Below are positions 19,249 through 26,413 of a stretch of 64,000 nucleotides of DNA, piece by piece. Positions within the stretch are counted from its first letter, which is position 1. Each line of letters begins with the position of its first letter. The position numbers and the translations under genes are program-made. The stretch is from contig CBDCWP010000038.1 of the NCBI GenBank assembly GCA_965223505.1, positions 192,001 to 256,000 of the forward strand. Direction: 5' to 3'. Origin of the DNA: Planctomycetota bacterium. GTDB lineage: Bacteria; Planctomycetota; PLA2; JAEUHO01. The notes under the pieces were generated by a model. That model was not told where the DNA came from. It worked only from the letters and a program-made list of their open reading frames with translations, and searched no databases.

Positions 19249-20040
19249 CTACATGTCGTGGGTCCGGCCCCTTCGCGCAGCCCGCTTGAAGCGATTCGCG
19301 TCGACGCCGAGCGTCCGCAGCTTCTTGTGGAAGTTCGGCCGGCTGATGCCGGCCAGGCGCGCCGACGCCGCGACGTTGCCGCCCGTGCGCGCGAGCAGAT
19401 CCTCCACGTAGCGGATCTCGAACTTGCGCTGTGCCTCGCGCAGCGGCATCGGCGGCTTCGCGGTGCCGTTGGCCTCGCGCAACCGGATCTCCGCTTCGTG
19501 TTTCTGAATCTCGGCGGTCGTCGAACCGAACGAGGTCAGCTCGCCGGTGTCCAGTGGATCGCGGCGCGCCTCGAGTTGCTCCTCGACCGCCTGATAGCCG
19601 TCCGGCGAGAGTCGACGCTCGACCAGCGCCCGCAAACGCCTGTTTTCCCGCGATAGGCGCTCTTCGTCGACGGCACGCTGAATCACGCGCACGACCTCGT
19701 CGACGGAGAACGGCTTCTGGACGTAGTCCTTTGCGCCGCGGCGCATGGCTTCGAGCGCCATCTCGACGGTGCCGTAGCCGGTCATGACGACGACCGGGAT
19801 GCGCGCGTCCATCTCGGTGAGAATCGCGACGATGTCGAGTCCCGAGAGGTCCGGAAGCTTGACGTCCGTGAGCACGGCGTCGAAGCGCCCCTCGACGAAG
19901 CGATCCACGCCGTCTTTGCCGGTCGCGGCCTCCGTGCTCGTGAATCCTGCGCGCTGGAACCCCTTGGCCAACGCGTGCCGCATGGACTCTTCGTCGTCGA
20001 TCACCAGAACGTGGGGCGGGGTCGAGCTGGGCGCGTTCAT
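19249..20040 (-). CDS. response regulator: receiver domain + Fis-type HTH, no AAA+ domain
   Basis: VLVIDDE, LTDVKLPD, MTGYG, YVQKPF; C-terminal GGNVAASARLAGISRPNFHKKL. Confidence 0.9.
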   Translation of the reverse strand: MNAPSSTPPHVLVIDDEESMRHALAKGFQRAGFTSTEAATGKDGVDRFVEGRFDAVLTDVKLPDLSGLDIVAILTEMDARIPVVVMTGYGTVEMALEAMRRGAKDYVQKPFSVDEVVRVIQRAVDEERLSRENRRLRALVERRLSPDGYQAVEEQLEARRDPLDTGELTSFGSTTAEIQKHEAEIRLREANGTAKPPMPLREAQRKFEIRYVEDLLARTGGNVAASARLAGISRPNFHKKLRTLGVDANRFKRAARRGRTHDM

Positions 20041-20147
20041 GCCATGGGCCAAGCAACCCCTGGACCGTTCTGGGCACGATGCCCGACGCAAGCGTCGGCG
20101 CGACCGCCGTCGGTCCGTCACCCCTCGAGGACGGAGGCGTTACGCCC

Positions 20148-21623
20148 TCAGGCCTTGGGCAGCGACACGGAGAAGCGCGCCCCGCCCCCCGGCGCCTCGC
20201 CGACCTCGATCCGGCCCCCGTGCCGCTCGATGATGCCGTAGGAGATGAACAGCCCGAGTCCCGTCCCTCCCTCGCGCGCGGTGAAGAAGGGCTCGAAGAT
20301 GCGCGTGCGATCGGCCTCGGGGACCCCCGGTCCCTCGTCGCAAACCTCGATGACGGCGGCGCCGTCCGCCGTGCCGGTCGTGACCGTCACGCGATCGCCT
20401 TCGTCGCTGGCGTGAATCGCGTTCGTCACGAGATTGAGCACGACTTGATGCAACTGTCCGTCGTCGCCGAGCACCTCGGGCGCGTCGCCGTCGTGCGCCT
20501 CGAGCGTGACGCGCGACTGCCTCGCGCTCGGCTCCGCGGTGCGTAGGACGTCGGCGACGACGCGCCCGAGGGAGACGGGCGCGAGCTTGCGCGACGGCGG
20601 TCGCGCCACGTCGAGCAGCGCGCGCACGAGCACCGCGGCGCGATCGGCGGTGCGCTTGGCCATGTCGATGTCTTCGAGAACGGCCTCGTTGGTCGTGGCC
20701 GAGCGCACGCTCTCGAGGCATCCGAGGATGCCGCCGATCAGGTTGTTGAACTCGTGCGCGACGCCGCCCGCCAGCGTGCCGAGGCCGGCCATCTTCTCCG
20801 TCTGCACCAGACGGTCCTGGGTCGCGCGCAGCTCCTCGAGTGCTTGCGTGCGCTCTTCGAGCGTCGCTTCGAGGGTCTCGGTCTTGCGACGCACCTCGTC
20901 CTCCAGCCCTTCGGTCGCGACGCGAATCTGGTCGCGCATGCGCTCGACGTCGCCCGCCAGTCCCACGAGCTCGATCGCGCCGCCGCGCGCCTGGGGAACG
21001 GGGGTCGAGAGATCGCCCTCGGCGATCCGGTTGACCGCCGAGCGCAGACGTCGCACGGGGCCCACGACGAGCACGACCAGCGTGAGCGCCAGGAGCACCG
21101 CCATGCCGAGCAGGAGCATCCCGAAACGCATGCTGAGCTTGTCGGCGCGCGCGGACGACGCGCGCTCCGCGCGAACGGCGGCCTCCGCGCGAAGCTCGCT
21201 CATGCGTGCCTCGATGCGCGCGTCGCTCTGCACGCCCATGCGGTCCGCGAGCACGTCGATGCGCCGAAGCTCGTCGCGGCTGCGCCGGCGCGCACCGCTG
21301 ACGAGCGCTCGCTTGAGCGCCTCGACATCGACACGCTCGGGATCCGCGGCGTCGCGATAGAGCGAGAACGGCTCCTGCTCGATCCACTGCCGCGAGCGGG
21401 TCTCGGCGCCCTCGACCAACCCGTGGGCGGTGTCCTGGGAGAGCTTCACCAACGCGGCGGCCAGCTCCTTGAGCGCGGCCTCCGAACGCTGTTGCTCCGC
21501 GGCCGCATCCTCGCGCGCCGCGTCGAGATCCTCCGACGTGATCCACGCCAACACGCCCGCTCCGCCGGCCAGCACGACGCCCCCCACCAGCACGAGCGTC
21601 CAGATGACGAGCGAAACCCTCAA
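20148..21623 (-). CDS. membrane sensor histidine kinase (2 TM, HAMP, HisKA, HATPase)
   Basis: GVAHEFNN H-box, NLVTNA, DEGPG, IFEPFFT, GTGLGL. Confidence 0.95.
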   Translation of the reverse strand: MRVSLVIWTLVLVGGVVLAGGAGVLAWITSEDLDAAREDAAAEQQRSEAALKELAAALVKLSQDTAHGLVEGAETRSRQWIEQEPFSLYRDAADPERVDVEALKRALVSGARRRSRDELRRIDVLADRMGVQSDARIEARMSELRAEAAVRAERASSARADKLSMRFGMLLLGMAVLLALTLVVLVVGPVRRLRSAVNRIAEGDLSTPVPQARGGAIELVGLAGDVERMRDQIRVATEGLEDEVRRKTETLEATLEERTQALEELRATQDRLVQTEKMAGLGTLAGGVAHEFNNLIGGILGCLESVRSATTNEAVLEDIDMAKRTADRAAVLVRALLDVARPPSRKLAPVSLGRVVADVLRTAEPSARQSRVTLEAHDGDAPEVLGDDGQLHQVVLNLVTNAIHASDEGDRVTVTTGTADGAAVIEVCDEGPGVPEADRTRIFEPFFTAREGGTGLGLFISYGIIERHGGRIEVGEAPGGGARFSVSLPKA

Positions 21624-22573
21624 CCGTCGCCCCGCTTCTTCACCGGCTCGAGCTCGTACGCCGATGCCAGGAACGGCATCGGCAGCTGCAGCCCCTGCCG
21701 CTCGGCCGCGTTCAGATCGACGAAGACGCGGACGCTCTTGACTGGTCGCGCGGGCAACGACTTGGAACGGTCGCGGTCGAGGCGGCGCGCGAGCTCGGAC
21801 GCCGTTCGCCCGACGATGCCGTGGTGGCCGGCCAGCACGACCACGGCCCGGCCCTTGCGGAACTGCAACGGATCGTCGCAGACCAGCGGCACCTTCTTGC
21901 GTCGCGCGAGCTCGAACGCCTCGCGGAAGGAGAGCAGCTTCGCGTCGGACGCGAGCCGCAGGTGCAGCACCGCGCCGGGTTGCGCGTCCTCGTCGTGCGT
22001 CGCCCAGGCGAACCCGCCCGCTTCGGCGAACGCGTCGAAACGACCCGTCTCGTCCTCGGTCGCAAGGCGCACGTGCGGCGTCTCGGTCGCGAGCATGCGC
22101 CGCAGAATCTCGCCGAGACGCTCCGCGCGCAGCTCCGCGTAGACGATCGCGTGCAGCCCATCGACCTTCGGCAGGGGATCGAGTGGCTCGCCGTCCACGG
22201 TGTAGCGTGAGGTCACGAAGACGCGCGGAACGCTCGGCGCGATCTTGCGCATGCGCTCGCAGGCTCTGTCACCGAGCGCGAACGCCAACGGGCCGCGCGG
22301 CATGCGCACCGTCGGCGCGCGCGCCTGCGCCCGCAACTTGCGTCCGAACGCCTCGAAGCCGGCGGGTGTGTCTTCGATGGTCTCGCGGCACACGCGCGGG
22401 AGCTTCGCCAGCTCGAGCCCCTTGCGAATGTGGTCGTAGACGTGAAGCAACCGCGCGTCGTCGCGTTCGAGCACGGCGGCGGGAATGTCGCAGGCCGGCA
22501 ACTCCTCTTCTTCGGCCGACGCGTGCACTCCGAGCGGCAACAGCAAGAGGAGAACGAACGAGAGGCGGCGCAT
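21620..22573 (-). CDS. secreted hypothetical protein coupled to the histidine kinase gene
   Basis: Signal peptide MRRLSFVLLLLLPLGVHASA; stop overlaps the kinase start. Confidence 0.7.
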   Translation of the reverse strand: MRRLSFVLLLLLPLGVHASAEEEELPACDIPAAVLERDDARLLHVYDHIRKGLELAKLPRVCRETIEDTPAGFEAFGRKLRAQARAPTVRMPRGPLAFALGDRACERMRKIAPSVPRVFVTSRYTVDGEPLDPLPKVDGLHAIVYAELRAERLGEILRRMLATETPHVRLATEDETGRFDAFAEAGGFAWATHDEDAQPGAVLHLRLASDAKLLSFREAFELARRKKVPLVCDDPLQFRKGRAVVVLAGHHGIVGRTASELARRLDRDRSKSLPARPVKSVRVFVDLNAAERQGLQLPMPFLASAYELEPVKKRGDG

Positions 22574-22581
22574 TGCCGCGA

Positions 22582-23601
22582 TTATGCCTCTCCTGTCGCG
22601 AATACGTCGAGTTCGAAGGAAGAACGCTCCCCGGCTTCGAGAAGCTGCGCCCCGCGAAGCGCGATCATCGCTCCGTTGTCGGCACACAGCGCGGTCGACG
22701 GGAAACGGATGCGGAGTCCGTCGGGCGCACGTTCGTGCAAGAGACGACGCAGCTCGCGATTGGCCGCGACGCCCCCACCGACGACGAGATCGCGTACACC
22801 TTCCTGCTCGGCGGCGAGCAGGGAGCGCTCGATGAGCACGTCCACGACCGCGCGTTCGAAGGACGCCGCGACGTCGGCGTGGGACACTTCGAGATCGGAT
22901 CGGTCAGGCGCGCCGCGCTTGCCGCCGGGGCCCTTCAAGTAGTACAGCACCGCGGTCTTCAGCCCGGAGAACGAGAACGCGAGCGGGTCGTGCTTCACCT
23001 TCGAGCGGGGGAAGCGCACCGCCTTCGGGTCGCCCTCCATAGCGAGCTTGCTGACGGACGGACCGCCGGGCTGCGGCAGTCCGAGCAGCACGGCGACCTT
23101 GTCGAAGCACTCGCCGGCGGCGTCGTCGATGGTCGAGCCGAGCCGCTCGATTCGGCCGGGCGCTCGGCACGCGTAGATGGCGGTGTGGCCGCCCGACGCG
23201 ACGAGCGCGGTGAACGGGAACTCGAGATCGGCGTGCTCGGCCTGCGCCGCCACGCAGTGGGCTTCGATGTGATGCACGCCCACGAGCGGGAGGTCACGCG
23301 CGAGACAGAGCGACTTGGCGGCGGCGACGCCCACCATGAGCGAGCCGACGAGCCCGGGGCGGTTGGTGACCGCGACGGCATCGAGGTCGTCGAGCGCGAT
23401 GCCGGCGGCCTCGAGCGCGCGCTCCACGACGCGCGTGACACGTTCGGTGTGCGCGCGGCTGGCGATCTCGGGCACGACGCCGCCGAAGTCGGCGTGCAGC
23501 TCGTATTGGGTGGCGACCTCGTTGCTCAGCACCTCACGCGGCGCGCGCAGCACGGCGGCGGCGGTGTCGTCGCAGGAGGTGTCGATGCCGAGGATGAGCA
23601 C
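22582..23601 (-). CDS. tsaD: tRNA N6-adenosine threonylcarbamoyltransferase
   Basis: LGIDTSCDDT, GGVVPEIASRAH, HHIEAH, SGGHT, DDAAGECFDK, FSFSGLKT, GGVAAN, DNGAMI. Confidence 0.97.
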   Translation of the reverse strand: MLILGIDTSCDDTAAAVLRAPREVLSNEVATQYELHADFGGVVPEIASRAHTERVTRVVERALEAAGIALDDLDAVAVTNRPGLVGSLMVGVAAAKSLCLARDLPLVGVHHIEAHCVAAQAEHADLEFPFTALVASGGHTAIYACRAPGRIERLGSTIDDAAGECFDKVAVLLGLPQPGGPSVSKLAMEGDPKAVRFPRSKVKHDPLAFSFSGLKTAVLYYLKGPGGKRGAPDRSDLEVSHADVAASFERAVVDVLIERSLLAAEQEGVRDLVVGGGVAANRELRRLLHERAPDGLRIRFPSTALCADNGAMIALRGAQLLEAGERSSFELDVFATGEA

Positions 23602-23770
23602 GGCAAGAACCTACCCCGATCCAACACCGAGACGAACCTGAACTCCAAGCCTCTCGAGCCGAGTCGCGGCGTGTCGTTGGGGCGACGGTGCCGCAAGGTG
23701 ACGGAGGACGGCGCGTGGATTCCCACATAAGGACGACGGCACGAAGCGCCACCGAGCATCCAACGGCACG

Positions 23771-25105
23771 CTACCCCTTCTTCGGCTTGCCGCGGTTGAT
23801 GTTCCGAAGCGCCACGTCACCCGACAAGAGATCGACCGCGCGCTGCAGCTGCGGGTCGACGTAGTCCGCCGCGACCTCGGGGAACCGCGTCTCCTGACCC
23901 CAAACGGCCTCTTCCTGGTTCACGAAGAATTGGCCGAGCATCTCGTTCTGCTTCGCCGTCAACGGAATGATCACGTCCGGGAACAACCCCGCCGGATCGC
24001 CGTTGTTGCCGCCGGAGCTCTGGTAGGAGCGACCCGACGGCGTGTAGTAGCGCGACGTCGTCAGCTTGATCGCCGCGCGCGTACCGGGGATCTCGCTGAT
24101 CTGCTGCACGAGGAACTTGCCGTAGGTGCGCGTGCCCACCAAGAGCGCGCGCCGGTGATCCTGCAGCGCCCCGGCGACGATCTCGCTCGCGCTCGCGCTG
24201 TAGCCGTTCACGAGCACGACCAGCGGCAGATCGGGGACGTCGTTGGCGTCCTTGGACGCCGAGTGCTGCTTGTTGGAGTCGCGGGCGCGCCCCTCCATGC
24301 GGACGAGCACGCCTTGCCGCAGGAAGCGGTCGGCGATTTTCAAGGCGACGTTCAGCACGCCGCCACCGTTGTGACGCAGGTCCAACACCAGGCCCTCGAT
24401 GCCGTCCTCCATCATCGACTCGACGGCGCGTCCGAAGTCGTCGACCGTCTCTTCCGCAAAGTCGGTGAGCCGCACGACGCCGAACTGTCCGTGGTCGCCG
24501 ACGCGGCGCACGTAGACCGTCGGCGGACGGATGACGCCGCGCACGACGGCCAGCTCGGTGACGGGGTTCGTGGAGGGCCCGTCCTCGGGGCGCGGTCCCT
24601 TCCGGTAGGCGATGCGCACGGTGGAGTTCGGCTCGCCCTTGAGCAGGTCGGTCACCTGGTCGAGGTCGATGCCGCCAAGAGGCACGTCGCCCGCGCGAAC
24701 GATGGTGTCGCCGACGGTCAGACCGGCGACGGCGGCGGGGCCTCCGGGCAGGACGCCGACGATCATGAGTCCCTCGTCGACCTGCTCGATCTTGATGCCG
24801 AGACCGGCGTACTTGCCTTCGATGCCTTCGCGCCACTCTTGTTGTTCGCTCGGAGGAATGAAACCGCTGTAGGGATCGAGCTCGAGGTAGGCGTCCATGG
24901 CGCGATAGAACGCCTCACGCTCTTGTTCGGAGGACAGCTCGTCCACGTAGGTCGCCGCCACCTTGCTGCGCACGTAGCCGGCGATCTCCTCGTTCCAGTA
25001 GACGCCTTCGGCGTCGGCGGCGCCGGCGCCGCGATCCACGAGCAGGAAGGCGATGGTCAGCGACGCGAGGACGCTGGCGCAGATGAGGAGCGTTCCGGGT
25101 TTCAT
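23771..25105 (-). CDS. ctpA: C-terminal processing protease, S41 family with PDZ domain
   Basis: LDPYS, GLGI PDZ, LDLRHNGGG, SASASEI, RTYGK, YYTPSGRS. Confidence 0.93.
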   Translation of the reverse strand: MKPGTLLICASVLASLTIAFLLVDRGAGAADAEGVYWNEEIAGYVRSKVAATYVDELSSEQEREAFYRAMDAYLELDPYSGFIPPSEQQEWREGIEGKYAGLGIKIEQVDEGLMIVGVLPGGPAAVAGLTVGDTIVRAGDVPLGGIDLDQVTDLLKGEPNSTVRIAYRKGPRPEDGPSTNPVTELAVVRGVIRPPTVYVRRVGDHGQFGVVRLTDFAEETVDDFGRAVESMMEDGIEGLVLDLRHNGGGVLNVALKIADRFLRQGVLVRMEGRARDSNKQHSASKDANDVPDLPLVVLVNGYSASASEIVAGALQDHRRALLVGTRTYGKFLVQQISEIPGTRAAIKLTTSRYYTPSGRSYQSSGGNNGDPAGLFPDVIIPLTAKQNEMLGQFFVNQEEAVWGQETRFPEVAADYVDPQLQRAVDLLSGDVALRNINRGKPKKG

Positions 25106-25169
25106 GCGATCTCCTTGGGACCTCAGTCTAGCCGCGGGTGTCGGCCTGCATCCCCATCACGATCCCCCT

Positions 25170-25267
25170 CGACCCCCAAACCCGAACCCGATCCTGATCC
25201 CGAACCCGATGCCGCCCCTGATCCCGGCGCCCGGACGCGACCCCATTCCCGACGCCCGGTCCCGACG
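25170..25267. repeat. degenerate hexamer-period tract (CCCGAW-like)
   Basis: cccaaa cccgaa cccgat cctgat cccgaa cccgat ... cctgat cccggc ... cccgac ... cccggt cccgac in the rodA-ctpA gap. Confidence 0.6.
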
Positions 25268-26398
25268 TCAATCGAAGTCGCCGCGGCCGAACTCGACGGG
25301 ATGATCCGCGCCGACGTTCAGCACCAGGCCCAGGCCGACGAAGGACGTCAGCAGGCTCGAGCCGCCGTAGGACAGGAACGGAAGCGGCATCCCCACGATC
25401 GGAAACAACCCCAATGTCATCCCCACGTTGATCAATGCCTGGCACCCGAAGAGCGTCGCGACGCCGATCGCGAGCAGCCGTCCACTCGGCTCGCGAACGC
25501 GCAAGGCGGTGCGCAACAACAACAGGATCAACAACGCGTAGATCGCGAAGAGCGCCGCGGTCCCGGTGAGACCGAACGCAGCGACGAACACCGGGAAGAT
25601 GAAGTCGGAGTGCCGCTCCGGCAGGAAGCGCACGGCTTGGTGCGTCTCTTCACCGAGCCCCGATCCGGTGAGGCTCGCCGCGCCGACCACCGTCTTGCTG
25701 TGGTGGATGTGATGTCCCTGCTTCTGCAGCAACGCCTTGTCCGCGCTCTGCTGCAACAGATACGCATGGATGCGGTTCTTCTGGTACGGCTTCAAGATGC
25801 CGGGGACGAAGTACATGGCGACGGCCGCGACGAGACCGGCGCCCGCGACGATCGCCAGATGACGGCGCCGCGCGCCCGCGACGAACAGCAGCACGAAGAG
25901 AATCGGAATCAGCAAGAGCGCCGTCCCGAGATCGGGCTGCAGCATGATCAGCATGAGCGGCAGGAACGTGAGCGCGAACGGGACGAACAGCCCCGTGAAG
26001 CGCCGGTAGCTCGACTGGTATCGAATGAAGCCGGCGAGCGTGATGACCATCACGACCTTCATGATCTCGCTCGGCTGCATGCGGAAAGAGCCGAGCTGGA
26101 TCCAACGCTTCGCGCTGCGGCCGCTGCCGGCCACGAGCACGGCCAACAGCAAGAGGATCCCGACGCCGTAGATGACGTAGCGCCACTCAACGACGCGGCG
26201 ATACGGCACCGCCAGCATCAGCAGGCACAGCACGACACCGATGACCGTCCAGCGCAGCTGGAGCCAGCCGTAGTCGACGGCCTTGCCCTGCGACGCCGCC
26301 TGCACGGTGAACACACCGATGAACGCGAGCAGCACGCCGAGCGCGAGCAGGAGCCAGTTGGCCTGCTTCAGCCGGTCACCGAGCGTGAGCTGACGCAC
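25268..26398 (-). CDS. rodA: rod shape-determining SEDS glycosyltransferase
   Basis: AKRWIQLG, QPSEIMK, QPDLGTA, LPERHSDFIF, GMPLPFLSYGGSS; follows mrdA. Confidence 0.95.
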   Translation of the reverse strand: MRQLTLGDRLKQANWLLLALGVLLAFIGVFTVQAASQGKAVDYGWLQLRWTVIGVVLCLLMLAVPYRRVVEWRYVIYGVGILLLLAVLVAGSGRSAKRWIQLGSFRMQPSEIMKVVMVITLAGFIRYQSSYRRFTGLFVPFALTFLPLMLIMLQPDLGTALLLIPILFVLLFVAGARRRHLAIVAGAGLVAAVAMYFVPGILKPYQKNRIHAYLLQQSADKALLQKQGHHIHHSKTVVGAASLTGSGLGEETHQAVRFLPERHSDFIFPVFVAAFGLTGTAALFAIYALLILLLLRTALRVREPSGRLLAIGVATLFGCQALINVGMTLGLFPIVGMPLPFLSYGGSSLLTSFVGLGLVLNVGADHPVEFGRGDFD

Positions 26399-26413
26399 GT
26401 GCGCTCTCCTCTC

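Noticed and set aside
25170..25267. CRISPR array or small Pro-rich ORF
   Set aside because: Only degenerate 6-bp periodicity; no repeat-spacer structure, no cas genes and no convincing start.
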